Below, piece after piece: positions 14,455 to 29,421 of a DNA stretch of 64,000 bases; within the stretch, counting starts at the first letter, position 1, and each line of letters opens with the position of its first letter. Under the pieces are notes generated by a model. It searched no databases. It was not told the DNA's origin and saw only the letters and a program-made list of their open reading frames with translations. Source of the stretch: Octopus vulgaris (taxonomy: Eukaryota); contig OX597817.1 of the NCBI GenBank assembly GCA_951406725.2, positions 11,284,001 through 11,348,000 on the forward strand, in the 5' to 3' direction. The position numbers and the translations under genes were made by a program.

Positions 14455-14669
14455 TAAGGGGTGCTGAAAAGTTCCTGGCTATAAGCATATCGCGAAAAGC
14501 CTGGTTGGGGGCCCAAACTCCCAAGATATTTTACAGGATTTAGAAAAACTGAAGGGCCACTGCAATAAGTGTGTAAATCTGAGAGAGGAATATGTTGAAC
14601 AAAATCATAATTGACTGATCCTCTGTATTTTCCTTTATGAAAAGCCAGAAACTTTTCACCATCCCCTTG
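14455..14669 (+). mobile_element. Mariner-derived MITE
   Basis: Imperfect TIRs AAGGGGTGCTGAAAAGTTCCTGGCT / AGCCAGAAACTTTTCACCATCCCCTT followed by TA on the right; internal remnant resembling a mariner C-terminus (GxEKL..CNKCVNLRxEYVE). Confidence 0.8.
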
Positions 14670-15472
14670 TACAATCAAAGACTTTCGCGAGGAAAATATC
14701 CCGGTATTAAATACAATGTACGAAAGTGTTCAGTGGTTTTTAAGATGATAGAATATGTTCTGTAAGAGATTTTGCGACTATTTCTAGCGACCCCGTAGAA
14801 AATCTTTTACACAATTAGCCGCCTACACAATGTAATGCTAAATATTGCATATATCAATCTCAAAATTTACTGTGAGCCTAACATGGGCATGGGTATCGAC
14901 TGTTCTCATTCAACTAAATACAATAAATTTAAAAATAAAGTTTCGCTAGCTATAAAATAGCTAACTGATGTCATGTTTATGGCACACCCCGTATTTCTGC
15001 ACTTAAAGAGAAAGAAACACATGAAAAATATCAGAAACTATGAAAATAACCTTTGTAGAGACGGATGTGTTAATATAATTACATCTATAAGTAAATATAA
15101 AAATATTGGTTTACAAAGCTACATAAACGATATAATATATCTTCCACACGTTTAGAAAAATAAATAAAGAAATAATTGGAAAATAATACCATTAGGTATT
15201 TTAACATAGCACGTCAGAAATAAAATTCCGTTAATTAGTTAAAAGTATAGTGATAATCTATGATATATGTGTATTACGTTTCTGGCCCCATTAGAAGCAT
15301 ATTCTGAAATTTCACCTATGGCATGGAATAAGAGGCAAGTTTATTCAACTATGGTAAGTTATACACTCACAATCATACACACATGCATACGTGCATACAT
15401 GCATATATATAAATATTCGTACGTAGATGCATATACACACACATATATATACATACATACATTCATACATAC

Positions 15473-15631
<159 letters not shown>

Positions 15632-15659
15632 TTATATATACATATATATATATATATAT

Positions 15660-15732
<73 letters not shown>

Positions 15733-15775
15733 CACACACAGGCATACACAGATACAAACACCCACACATGCGCGC

Positions 15776-15814
<39 letters not shown>

Positions 15815-16215
15815 TTCCTGTTTCTGAATTTATTCACATAGAATATTCAATTCAACAGTAGGTAAAACGTGTCTGTGTATGTATGTATGTATGTTTGTAT
15901 GTATGTACGCGTGTATGCATGTACGTGTGTGTGTGTGTGTGTGTGTGCGCGCGCATGTGTGTGCTGTAAATATATGACCTAATATATCCTTTTAGCTGTC
16001 TCATAACTGGGTTAAAAAGAAACGATCAATCACCGAATGTTATTAAGACTAGCGACCATTCCGATCATGAAGGCATATACTTTCGTTGAGGGTCATTGGT
16101 CTTATATTATGCAATGATGAATTGGTTTTATGTCATTAATTCGATCATGGACCCTTTATTAATAATGTGTAAGTTGATACTTCGACATTATCAATACATA
16201 CAATAACGCGCGCAT

Positions 16216-16269
<54 letters not shown>

Positions 16270-16276
16270 TCATACA

Positions 16277-16315
<39 letters not shown>

Positions 16316-16569
16316 GAATAGTCTTCGCGTAAACCATTGGATCGTTTTGTTCTCTTACTTTATTATCATCTTATAATCATCTCATAATAATGACCTTTAT
16401 GACTCGTATTACGACCTCAGTCAATCTGAATGCATATATTTGTCGCTACCTGTCATAAATAGCCTTTTTCTATTTGCAATATGCATTTTCGTTGATTTTT
16501 CATATTTTACTCTTAAATTTCCACGTGTATTTTATATTTTCTTATCGTAACATATTTCTACTATATATA

Positions 16570-16630
<61 letters not shown>

Positions 16631-16774
16631 GCATACATATATGTATATAAATATAAGCAGCGTGTGTACAGATATATAATTATTTACATGTATGTATATG
16701 TAAGTATATATATACACATACACACATATATACATACATACGTATGTATAAAACAGACACATAGGCCCACGTAC

Positions 16775-16820
<46 letters not shown>

Positions 16821-17374
16821 TCATGTTTGTGTGCGTTCATGTGTGTGCAACCGCGTACAGACGCGTGCACACATACGTACGTATTAATATGTAGATAACA
16901 CAACGAAAAACAGTTTAGTACATACCATACAAGACAAACTATTGACTTTTTAATCTCTGCTGGTTTCAAAAGGAAGTAAAACTTATTCCTGGCAGTTAAT
17001 GCTAACCGCTAAAATAAAAAAGAAAAAAAGGAAAGAAAAAATCTGTGTGGCGGGCGATAATCTCAAGGAATATTAATTCAAGAAAATTCACATTTTATCA
17101 AAGAAAAAACATCTACTTCTGGAAACAAGAGGACAGCTGAGAACAAGACATTATCTCGGTAACCAGATAAAAGGAAAGGAATCTTAACGAAGCCTTTAGC
17201 AAAATCGAAAATAGTCGACCCGTTCCTTCATCTTTGTGACTGAAAGCAATGCAATTTATCAATTGGTCTAATCCTCCGGTGTACCTCTCCAGTGTCTATG
17301 TCTGTCAAATACTATATTTTTGTTAAATATTAATTTAGTTATTGAATATACATACATACATACGTACACATATA

Positions 17375-18105
17375 AAAGAGAGAACAAGAGAGACAGTGAG
17401 GCACTTGTAATCCCAATGTGCAACCACCTTTACGCTATGTCAAATTTCTGTGGAAGACATCACGCATGTGATTAGCAGCTGTCCTAAAATGTCGTCACGG
17501 TACCACCTCCCCATGAGGCACGATGTTGTTGCTAAAACAATTTACAATGCCATACGCAAAAAAGATTGCCCTGAAATAAACTTAGAAAATCTCTCTGTTA
17601 TGGAATACATTCATAAACACCAACTGAAGGAATACTGGTGGAATATTCCCATCAAAACATCTGTCAAATGTAAACATAACAGGCCAGATATTGTTGTTTG
17701 GGACAGAGGGGCAAAGGTATGTACCCTCATAGTGATTAGCTACCCTGCAGATATAAATATTTCTTTGAAAATCAAAGAAAAAGAGGATATCTACGGACAA
17801 CTGCTTCGAACCTCCAGCTTCTATATCCAGACTATGAATTCATAATAATTGGAGCACTAAGTTTTGTTAGTAACTGCTTAAAGAAGAATCTGGATAAACT
17901 GGGATTTTCAGAACGAGTAATCGACCGGTTAATTCAAACGTTACAAGTGCAATCTGTGAGTGGAACTATGAAAATATGCAAGACTTTACTCAAATTCCAA
18001 ATGTGAATCTATCTGTATAAATACATCCCAAAGATGGAGACTTGTATCTTTGTTGAAACCCAGGTCCCTCCTCAGTGGGAGATTTATAATAATTAAAAAA
18101 TAAGA
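17375..18105 (+). mobile_element. 5'-truncated RLE-type non-LTR retrotransposon (zinc knuckle + restriction-like endonuclease + 3' UTR)
   Basis: ORF 17450..17845: LC..EDITHVISSC, RHDVVA, KHNRPDIVVWD, KEKEDIY; flanked by (TACA)/(TA) repeats. Confidence 0.88.
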
Positions 18106-18131
18106 GACAAATACATACATGCATACATACA

Positions 18132-18251
<120 letters not shown>

Positions 18252-18885
18252 TAAACTGACAACCTTACAACCATATTTCAATGATCTGCCGGTATATATC
18301 ATTTCATAGTTGAAATTATATTCTTCAAATCATGAATGAAATTTGTGTATATTAAAAGCTACTAGCAACTTAGTAGTAATAAAAAGGTGTAAAAATATAG
18401 TACAACACCCTTCACCATCTCTAATTCGTATCACTTATGCAGATTCAATTCTTTCCTGAGCAATGTCATTTTCTACACAATGAACACAAATAATAGACAA
18501 GAAAAGCATGTAAAAATTAATGACACAACGGTCTGTTAATATAAGCAGGAAATCTTCTTTCTCAGTTTAATGTTTACTTGTCTTTTAAATTGAGTATATT
18601 CTTCAATACTGATTTCTTTTAAAATGCCTCAAAGAGATATGATTATACTACAAATATGTGTACAAAAACCGGGTTTTTGGTTTGTGAATGGGTATGAGTG
18701 TATGTTTACGAGACAATTGCACAGCTGAGTTGTTCAACTCCAAAATTATACGCAAATATTTTAAGGGATGTGATCCTTAAGTGTTTTTCAACATATAATG
18801 AATGTATTTAAAACAGTAAACGGGTAATACAATAATCATTCAGTCTATTTATCCAGTTTCATAGTAAAGCCACATGTATGTATAT

Positions 18886-18931
18886 GCCTTGTGAGTGGAT
18901 TTGGTAGACGGAAACTAAAAGAAGCCTGTCG

Positions 18932-18968
<37 letters not shown>

Positions 18969-19178
18969 ATGTGTGTTTTTGTGTCTGTGTTTGTCCCCCT
19001 AGCATTGCTTGACAACCGATGCTGGTGTGTTTACGTCCCCGTCACTTAGCGGTCCGGCAAAAGAGACCGATAGAATAAGTACTGGGATTACAAAGAATAA
19101 GTCCCGGGGTCGATTTGCTCAATTAAAGGCGGTGCTCCAGCATGGCCGCAGTCAAATGACTGAAACAAGTAAAAGAGT
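18886..19178 (+). mobile_element. SINE family A, 5'-truncated
   Basis: Family match. Confidence 0.93.
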
Positions 19179-19195
19179 ATATATTATATGTATAT

Positions 19196-19249
<54 letters not shown>

Positions 19250-19252
<3 letters not shown>

Positions 19253-19317
19253 AGCATATTCCATCCATTATATCATTAATATATATTTATATATAATGCT
19301 ATAATGGGTGGAATTAT
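19250..19317. repeat. Short foldback unit around a TA-rich core (copy 1)
   Basis: ATTCCATCCATTATATCATTA..TAATGCTATAATGGGTGGAAT. Confidence 0.8.
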
Positions 19318-19792
19318 AGTGGAACAATAATATTATGATCTAAAATTCCCAAGATGCAACAACCATGTTTTTCATTTTAGTTAAGATATGCGCATTTGTG
19401 ATAATATAGAAGTAAAATGTCCAACATTGCCTTCCTTTTAAAGACATCAGGCTGGGTTTTAAGGGGCTTCTATTTTGGGGTTGTGGAAAGACAGCAGAAT
19501 GGTCAACGATAGACTTCCGATGAATCATTTAAACATAGAAATAGCTGAATTCTTCTTAAAGTCATTAAATTAAATAAATGTAAATATTTCCACTCTACGC
19601 TGTTTATTGAGGATTTTGACATAAATTATGGTTTGTTCCGTTTTAATCGAAGACATGTAACAACAATATTTATACACACACACACACACGCACGCACGCA
19701 CACACACGCACGCACGTACGTATGTATGTATGTATATGTGTGCGAGTCTATGTTTGTATTATGTATGTGTGAAGGGATGTGCATGTATGTGT

Positions 19793-20178
19793 GTGGAGGC
19801 GCAATGGCCCAGTGGTTAGGGCAGCGGACTCGCGGTCGTAGGATCGCGGTTTCGATTCCCAGACCGGGCGTTGTGAGTGTTTATTGAGCGAAAACACCTA
19901 AAGCTCCACGAGGCTCCGGCAGGGGATGGTGGTGATCCCTGCTGTACTCTTTCACCACAACCTTCTCTCACTCTTACTTCCTGTTTCTGTTGTACCTGTA
20001 TTTCAAAGGGCCGGCCTTGTCACTCTCTGTGTCACGCTGAATATCCCCGAGAACTACGTTAAGGGTACACGTGTCTGTGGAGTGCTCAGCCACTTACACG
20101 TTAATTTCACGAGCAGGCTGTTCCGTTGATTCGGATCAACCGGAACCCTCGTCGTTGTAACCGACGGAGTACTTCCAC
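19793..20178 (+). mobile_element. SINE family B, full length
   Basis: Family match; imperfect TSD CAT(G/C)TATGTGT. Confidence 0.95.
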
Positions 20179-20848
20179 ATCTATGTGTGTGTATGTTTGT
20201 CTATGTAGGGTTTATCATTGCTTATCCACTGGTCAGCACTGTCAAGCAGTACTTTGGTCGATGTTCTCGTTATAACTGTCTCTTTTTTCTCCTGCAATAT
20301 GTATGAGTCGTTTATGAAAACGGTAACGTGTAATTTTCAAGTAATTCTGCCGCACTTCGTTTTGGGCTGAGTAAGCAAACCATTAATATATGTATAATAC
20401 AAGTGGTAGGATATGAAATTTAAGCCCTTAAATGTATGTATTTAAGTGGCTGCAACATCATTTAAGCTGCAGCTTTTGCTTAGAAAAGGGATTGATTTAA
20501 TGAGTTCTGGAATGCAGAAGAAACGTTAATATATCACATCTAGTTTTCATTTAACTTATACTAGGAAGTTGAGATAAAATGGATGCCTTTATAACATATT
20601 ACTCTATCGGCTTATAGCAGATGATTTCAAATCCCTTACATGTGTTTTCTTGTAAATTTCATTTCCCTATCTCTGTTTTATAGCTTCTTGCCTTTTCTCT
20701 GAAACATTACCTACTTCAGATTAGTTCCAAGTATCTGGAAAAACTTATTTATCATCCACTAAACACAAACCAGACATGCAAATGGTCCCTATGAATATAT
20801 GTAGTTCATGAAAGAATTATTTTGTTTTACATTAGATGACCTAATAGC

Positions 20849-20978
<130 letters not shown>

Positions 20979-21111
20979 TTTTATGATTCAGAGTATGAAT
21001 GTATATATACATCACACACTTGGCACTACTTACATACAAACACATGACTATGATTGATAATTCATGTATATGTGTATTATATATATATATATATATACTT
21101 ATATATGTATG

Positions 21112-21147
<36 letters not shown>

Positions 21148-21149
<2 letters not shown>

Positions 21150-21174
21150 CAGCATATTCCATCCATTATATCAT

Positions 21175-21226
<52 letters not shown>

Positions 21227-21249
21227 TAATGCTATAATGGGTGGAATTA
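21148..21249. repeat. Short foldback unit around (TA)n (copy 2)
   Basis: Same arms as the 19250 copy, longer TA core. Confidence 0.8.
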
Positions 21250-22170
21250 AAATATTTTCAGTAAAAATATTTTAATGAAAATAAAATGTGGTCTGATAGG
21301 TTTGTCTATATGACACATGTGGTTTAAACAGCTTGACATATTCAGGTGGGTTTGAAGAAAACAGACATTAGTTTTTGATGAGTTGGGAAGTGGATTAGAA
21401 AGGTAATTTGTGTGTAATTTGATTGAATTGTTGTTTCATGATTAAGCTAGTTAAGTCTTCCATATCATAAGAGGGAGATTTCAATTACGTTATGTTGATT
21501 TTTGATGTCAGGCAATCCATCATAAAATCATTTATTCGGATAATTTACTAATAGGAAAAGAAAGAAGAAATAGATGAAAAGAGCAAAGAAAAAAACCCCA
21601 GAAAAAACACGAAATCTGAAACTATAATACTATCCAAGTGTAATATTTAATAAAGAAGTCACCAAATTAGACTTCATTGGTAAGTTACACCATCACAGGG
21701 CATGAAAAGTGATTATGATATCACTTTCAGTTTGTACGCTGTTTTATTCATACGGATTCAAATATACATATAGATTTATACTAAGATTCGTGTACAAATA
21801 CATATTCCACTCATTTATACTCACACCAAGTAGATCAGAAAACGTCTCACATAATAAAACACCAGTGAAATAGCAAAGTTAATCCTATTCCACTATTTCG
21901 AGAGATAGTTCATGGTCAGTAAACATAGAATGGAATAAATACATCTTCAGCGGCTCAGCTTAAATGTTTTTTAAAGGATTCTCTGTCTTGGTCGTATATG
22001 AAAATAAAGCAAACGAAATCTCTGTAACTACAACACTTATGCGTATACATCGTAGAGACATGAAGTGACTGCTGCTGAAGAGCATTTTATTACTGCGAAC
22101 TTGACATCCCATTGTCTTGTTTGTCAGTAATTACAGCAGCTCTTCGGTAATTTTGGATACATTTACTTTG

Positions 22171-22329
22171 AGCAAGAGTGGCTGTGTGGTTAGTAGCTTG
22201 CTTACGAACCACATGGTTCCAGGTTCAGTCCCACTGTGTGGCACCTTGGGCAAGTGTCTTCTACTATAGCCTCGGGCCGACCAAAGCCTTGTGAGTGGAT
22301 TTGGTAGAAAAAACTGAAAGAAGCCCGTC

Positions 22330-22370
<41 letters not shown>

Positions 22371-22602
22371 TGTGTGTGTATATGTTTGTGTGTCTGTGTT
22401 TGTCCCCCTAGCATTGCTTGACAACCGATGCTGGTGTGTTTATGTCCCCGTTACTTAGCGGATCGGCAAAAGAGACGGATAGAATAAGTACTGGGCTTAC
22501 AAAGAATAATTCCGGGGTCGAGTTGCTCGATTTAAGGCGGTGCTCCAGCATAGCCACAGTCAAATGACTGAAACAAGTTAAAGAGTAAAAGAGTAAAAGA
22601 GA
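22171..22602 (+). mobile_element. SINE family A
   Basis: Family match. Confidence 0.93.
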
Positions 22603-23232
22603 GAGCAACAGCAGAACAAATGAGAAGTTTGGTGTGGAGATTTGGAATCTGAAATTCATCCACTGCTTTTTGGCCCCAGATTATATCGGTGAGCTCGCAA
22701 TATAGATGTAGTCTGTCTCACAGTAATCTTACGTTATTGTACAGAACATTCCATCTACGTGCAATATTCTTCCACTTGCTTTCTTTACAAACAAAGGCAT
22801 TTGGTAGATGCAGTTAATGATGATTATATTAATTATGCTAATAGCATTCTGGAACTACTTTCATTCGATTATTCAAGTTTAGATCCTTTCCAAAAAACGA
22901 GAGTGACGAGTTCAGCCTAAGTTTGGGAAAGATTTGCGGAAGCCCAGTGGTTACATTCAGTTAGGGAAAATGCGAAACTGTTACGAAGGTTTTGGTACAA
23001 AGAGATGAGTAAGCTTGCTGGCACTGTTTCTTGCATCGGTCAGAGCTATTTATTCGATTGTAAGAGATGCTGTGTTTGCTTGCTTGGTTTGTATTGCTTT
23101 GTTCATATTTTTATCATACCTATATTTACTCGCATACCCCAACACTATTTTAGTCACCAGATGCCATAGCTTGACCATTTCTCCACCACCTTCCGGGTTA
23201 AGTAATAGTCAGAAAAGATTGAAATGTCTATC

Positions 23233-23398
23233 AGGCGCAGGAGTGGCTGTGTGGTAGGTAGCTTGCTAACCAACCACATGGTTCCGGGTTCAGTCCCACT
23301 GCGTGGCATCTTGGGCAAGTGTCTTCTGCTATAGCCCCGGGCCGACCAATGCCTTGTGAGTGGATTTGGTAGACGGAAACTGAAAGAAGCCTGTCGTA

Positions 23399-23463
<65 letters not shown>

Positions 23464-23694
23464 ATATGTTTGTGTGTCTGTGTTTGTCCCTCTAGCATTG
23501 CTTGACAACCGATGCTGGTGTGTTTACGTCCCCGTCACTTAGCGGTTCGGCAAAAGAGACCGATAGAATAAGTACTGGGCTTACAAAGAATAATTCCCGG
23601 GGACGATTTGCTCGACTAAAGGCGGTGCTCCAGCATGGCCACAGTCAAATGACTGAAACAAGTAAAAAGAAAAAAAAAGAAAAAGAAAAAAGAG
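23233..23694 (+). mobile_element. SINE family A, full length
   Basis: Family match. Confidence 0.95.
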
Positions 23695-23777
23695 AAGCGA
23701 TAATCTCAGTTTGCGAGGAGATGCATATTCCAACTGTCTTTGGTCAGTTCATTGCGATGCATTACGTTAAATAATTA

Positions 23778-25013
23778 TCAAGGGTACGGTGAATTAATTG
23801 TCATCTAAATAACTCAAAAATGAAAATAACACTGACAAATCATTTTAACTGATATATTTACCAAAATTACATAAAAATATCTTGAAATACTAAACAGTAA
23901 ATATATTCAATAAAATCACCATTGGCTTCAACCACTGCCTCCAGACAACTTCAGAAGCTCCTGCGACTCTTATGGACGTTCGCCTTTTTTAAGTCGGTGA
24001 CTGCTTCCATAATCCGCGCCTTCAGTTCATCTTTGGTGTTACATGAAGTTTTCGCTCAACTGCACTCCACACTTAATAATCAAGTGGGTGGCTGTCTGGG
24101 GAGTTAGGTGACCAGATATTAGGGGTGATGTGGCAGAAATTGTCTGACAGCCATTACTAGGTTCTCCTGCTTCTCTGGCGTGGTGCAGAGTCCTGTTTCC
24201 AGACAAGGGGTCTTCTAGCAATTACCCTCTTGACCCAGGACAGCACTACGTTTTCAGGCACTTGAAGCAGGCATCTGTGTTGAGTCTGAGGCCGTGTGAG
24301 AAGATGTTGACTGGATGTCTGATTTTTATCACTCTCGGGACATGTTTTGGAAACACAGCAAGCCAATGGTTGTTCTGTGAGTTCACTATCTCACCATGGC
24401 AGAAACTTTTCTCGTCTGAGAAAACCCAAAGCATTATCGGTTGGAGGGGATGCTTGAGTTTGTTCAAAAGCTTTGTAGCGTGGTCTTTCCTCTTGTCCTT
24501 GATGGCTTGGATAAAAATTGACCCTTTCTCAACTCGTATGAGGAATACAGAATGTCTTCACGCACTACCTGCCTGGTAACAAAATCGGACACTCCCATGT
24601 CCCTGGCGATGGACCTGATTGACTTGGAGGGATCATTGTCAATCATGGTCTGGATCTGACCAACAAATTCAGGTGTTCTTTTCTTATCGGAAAAGTTTTT
24701 CCGAGCTGCCGTACCTTCACAATCACCATTAGACTCATCCAAATCTTTTTGAATCATCTGCACTATCCTCAGTTTAACACCAAATGACACCAAATTGAAA
24801 TGTTCGTATTGGGGCTTCCGGTGCAAATTCCAGGCAGTACAGTATGTTATTTCCAAATTTCTGGCAGAGTGAATTGCGTTATGGTATTGTTTTTCTCACA
24901 GACGGTGCCCAACTGACCCTACTATACTATGGAGTCGACAAAATCAAAAACAAACAATGCACATGTGCGATACTATAAATATAAAATGTTGACAATTTAC
25001 CCATCGCACCCTG
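23778..25013 (-). mobile_element. Decayed full-length Tc1/mariner-superfamily transposon (maT/DD37D-like)
   Basis: Imperfect TIRs CAGGGTGCGATGGGTAAATTGTCA / CAAGGGTACGGTGAATTAATTGTCA with TA flanks; motifs VFSDEKSF, WKQDSAP, WSPNSPDSHPLDY (36 residues between D2 and D3 in this copy); stops and frameshifts. Confidence 0.9.
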
Positions 25014-25132
25014 TATATACGTAATACTTAATTTTTACTATGAAATGTCAACATAGCTGATTTGAGGTTTTCTGTCAACAATTATGAACTTGGCGAGCAG
25101 AGTGCTTCCAAGTCCGTATATATTCATAAAGA

Positions 25133-25309
25133 GACGCAAGCATGGCTGTGCGGTATCTTGCTTACCAACCACATAGTTCCGGGTTCAGTCTCACTGCGTG
25201 GTACTTTGAGCAAGTGTCTTCTACTATAGCCTCGGGCCGACCAAAACCTTGTGAGTGGATTTGGTAGACGGAAACTGAAAGAATCCCGTTGTGTGTATAT
25301 ATACTTACA

Positions 25310-25370
<61 letters not shown>

Positions 25371-25568
25371 GTGTGTGTGTGTATGTATGTATGTATGTAT
25401 GTATGTATGTATGCATGTGTGCTTACGTCCCTGTAAATTAGCGGTTCGGCAAAAGAGACCTAAAGGATAAGTACCAGACTTACAAAGAATAAGCCTTGTG
25501 GTCGACCAAAGGCGGTGCTCCAGCATGGCGCACTCAAATGGCTGAAAAAAAATGGAAGAATAAAAGAA
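25133..25568 (+). mobile_element. SINE family A, diverged
   Basis: Family match. Confidence 0.88.
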
Positions 25569-26443
25569 TAGTGTAATCAGTTGTCTAATTGTATTCGTTG
25601 CAGAGCCTTCAGGTGAAGTTAACATCTTTTTCCTTATTTTATAGTCACATTTTTATTAAATGAAGAAGAGTGTAAAGACTGAAACAAGCAAACGCAGCTA
25701 TTAGGATACTTCTGCTCATCTAGCTGTGATGCAATATACTTTACAGAGTTATGTGGCCGGTGGGGTGCAGGATTCCCAGAACCCCTTCATCAAAAACTGA
25801 AAGAAGAGGAAGAAAATGTTCTATCAAGAAAACCATTAAGTGTAGCAATGGCTGATTTATGGAGAAATACAATCCTCACCGATTTACGGGACCTCATGCT
25901 CAGATCTTAAAATCGACGTTGAGAGAAGAAGGAAGCCGAGATGGTGCATTATACGCCTATCTATATTCTGGGGCTAGAATATATGTCAATACAAAGGGAG
26001 AGTCATGGTAAAGTAGGGTGGAGATGACACTCACACATGTCTCGCCATTTTCTTTGAGATGCAACATAGGAATGTGCTAGGTACTGAGGTAAAAAGATTC
26101 AGTATATAATCAGGTGGCGCCTATATTAACAGGTATGACTTAATGCTTCCCTCCTGCAAAATCCAAAGAGCTAATCTGAATAGGTCCCTAGCTGTGACGG
26201 TAGAAGGAAAACTATGGAACTGGTGGTGCGGTGCAGAAATATTAACTGCTACATGTCAAGAAATTTTTGCTTCGAAGCACTTGAGGAACAGAGTAAAAGA
26301 GAATAGCAGAAACAACCACAAGAACTTGTTTTCAGTGTATTCTGGGAAGAGGATGATAAGAAGATGGAAGTATAGAAAATTGTTGAAAACCAATAAACCA
26401 GTGAAGAGAACACTTCCGACGAGAACAAGGAAATAGATCGCAC

Positions 26444-26775
26444 ATGTTCAAATTCCGCCGAGGTCGATAAAAGGAAGTTGCAGTCAAGTACTGGGGGCAA
26501 TTTAATAAACTAACTTCCACCTCTTAAAACTACTGGCCTTGTGCTAAAATTTGAATCATTAGGACGGCGTGCAGTTAGACTCATTAGCATGCTGAGCAAA
26601 ATACTCAGCCGCTTTGCTTTCAGTTTCACTTTATGATTTCAAATGCTGCCGAAATCGACCTTGCCTTTCACCATTTCAGGATCGATAAAATAAGTAACCA
26701 GCCGAGCAATGGGGTTAATGTAATCCACTTTCCCTCCTCTCAAAATCGTTGTTCTCGTGCCAAATATTATAAAGA
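26444..26775 (+). mobile_element. Two tandem diverged SINE family D copies
   Basis: GTTCAAATTCCGCCGAGGTCGA and GATCGATAAAATAAGTA motifs. Confidence 0.7.
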
Positions 26776-28084
26776 ATTATCATTATTGTTGTTGCTGCTG
26801 TCGTTTTATATAATGTTCTCGTTATATAAAAAAAAGCAGCTCACTCTCTCTCTCGAGTAGTAATAAGCGACTCTAAAGCAATTTGTTTTTGGGAGGTTAA
26901 ATTTATCCTTTAACCTCCCAGTAGTATTTAAACTGACACCTATAAAATCAAGTTATTGAATTAAGTTGACTGAAATTATTATATTCCACATTTCAGTTTC
27001 CTCCCATTTTATGAGGTCAATCATTACATATTCACGATCATCATGTTACACAGTATATGTTGAACAATGTGAAATATTTTCTGATAGATTTGGGTGGACG
27101 CTAAACAGTCATATTTTTATTTTCTACTCCAAATAGGGTAATATAATATCACGTAAGAAGATTCGATAAAAGATTTTTAACCCATAATCTTTTTCTTTAT
27201 ATAATTTAATTGGCAAAAGAATTGCGACATCCATATCTTTTCTAGACGTTTGTTAATGATATACATGGGTAAGATTTATAAACTTAATAATAAGTTGACA
27301 AAGAGAGAAGTAGGACGGAAAAATAGTCTAATATAAATAAGTTTTGTGCAGAGAATATTGGATCGGTGCTTAATGCGGGATCAAGGAAGTAATGTGAAAA
27401 GAAAAGATAAATGAGATCAGGCTGAGTATGTATAGTTAATACATTTCGGATAATTTCAAAGCAGTCCTTCAGTTTATTTAAATCACGCTGTTTAGTTGTC
27501 GCAATTGCTTCAACAGCATGCAGGTATAAAGTCACAATCTAGTATGATATCCCAAATAACTCTGCTTTAAGATACTATCTTCAAGTATTACCTCTACGAT
27601 TATTCCTAGTACTTCTTACGCAGTACCCCTATGACAATTGTTTTGCACTCAGGGAGATAGGTAAGAGGACTTTATTATTCCAGGTTACAAAAAAAACTGG
27701 ATACTTCATTAAATAACTAGAGATTAATATATCCCATGTACTAGTTTCGTATTACCATGACATTATTATATATTACTTTAGTGTTTATGTCATATCGGGA
27801 TAGGATTTATCCCCTGGATACAACCGATTGTGTAAAGGAGCAGGAGCGATTAATTGAATTTAACAAAAATAATGCAGCTATATACTTAATCAAGAGAGAA
27901 GAACTATCATTGATTTTATCAGGTCACAAATGACTTGATTATTTAGTATATCCCTATATATAGCACCTGTTAATACAGCTAATTGGTGGAGAAAATGTGT
28001 AAGTAAATATAGAGAAAAATCTCATACAGTATTTTGATAAGAGAGAAAAATAGGTGACCACATTAAATTTGAAATAAAATATTG

Positions 28085-28481
28085 GGTTCAAATTTTGGCA
28101 TAAGGCCAGTAAGTTTAAATGAAGAGGTAAGCCAATTACATCGTCTCCAGTCTTCAACTGGTACCTATTTTATCGACCCCGAAATGATGAAAGGCAGTGT
28201 CGATCTCGGCAGAATTTCAATTCATGACGTAAAGACAGACGAAATACCTATTTCTTTACTACCCACGAGGAGCTAAACACAGAGAGGACAAACAAGGACA
28301 GACAAACGGATTAAGTCGATTATATCGACCCCAGTGCATAACTGGTACTTATTTAATCGACCCCGAAAGGATGAAAGGCAAAGTCGACCTCGGCGGAATT
28401 TCAATTCAGGATGTAAAAACAGACGAAATACCGCTAAGCATTTCGCCCGGCGTGCTAACGATTCTGCCAGCTCGCCGCCTT
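28085..28481 (-). mobile_element. SINE C (28247-28481) joined to the 3' part of a SINE D
   Basis: Junction on the minus strand reads AAATA-GGTATTTCGTCTG. Confidence 0.9.
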
Positions 28482-28974
28482 AGATGAATAAATATTAAAA
28501 CTTTTCGCCAGATCTAAGTTAGTTTTTACTTCTTTTTCCTTAAGAAACTTCTATTTTAATGAATTATCTCCCCTTATTTTTCATCATTTTTTAAAAATTC
28601 GATTTCCGATAAATAAAAAGGAAAAGCTACCTCATTCGGATATAAAATTAAATCAAATAAAACCTTATTGTTACTGTTATTAGTGTAGATGTATTTTATA
28701 AAAGAAAAACGAGTTATGAACGCCGAAATGCAGAGATTACCGAAAGTGTAAGCATTCAAACAACCACTCAGATAAAAGACCAGACAATTGCTTTATGTTC
28801 AAATTGCTTAAAGATCCACTTAGAATTGGTGACACAAAAATATTAGATGGATTAGAAACAGTTGTGATAACAGATATGATAGTGAAATTGAAATTATTTA
28901 GTTATGTAAATAAATTCTAGAAACTGCGATTACAAAACAAATCAAACGATTTACGGAATTGTTTATATTTTGAT

Positions 28975-29421
28975 TTGAAACTTTGTCACAAAGCCAGCAA
29001 TTTCAGGGGCGGGTGGAAGATGATTATATCAACCTCTCTGCTATACTGGTACTTTTTTATTGACTCCGAAAGGGATTAAAGGCAAAGTCGACCTTGGCAG
29101 AATTGGAACTCAGAATGTAAACACGGACAAAATACCTATTTCTTTACTACCCACAAGGGGCTAAACACAGAGAGGACAAACAAGGACAGACAAACGGATT
29201 AAGTCGATTACATCGACCCCAGTGCGTAACTGGTACTTAATTTATCGACTCCGAAAGTATCAAACGCAAAGTCGACTTCGGCGGAATTTGAACTCAGAAC
29301 GTAACGTCAGACGAAATACGGCTACGCATTTCGCCCGGCGTGCTAACATTTCTGCCAGCTCGCCGCCTACACGGACAAAATACCGCTAAGCATTTTACCC
29401 AGCGTGCCAGCTCACTGCCTT
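28975..29421 (-). mobile_element. SINE C (29134-29368) inserted into a SINE D
   Basis: 16-bp TSD ACACGGACAAAATACC (29121-29136, 29369-29384). Confidence 0.92.

Noticed and set aside
19793-19870. tRNA-like sequences at SINE heads
   Set aside because: They have A/B boxes but no complete cloverleaf and are embedded in SINEs with TSDs
26143-26436. 97-aa ORF with faint resemblance to a LINE ORF1 zinc-knuckle region
   Set aside because: The Cys/His pattern is incomplete; too weak to call
26890-26920. 12-bp perfect hairpin resembling a bacterial terminator
   Set aside because: Eukaryotic context, no associated gene, isolated instance
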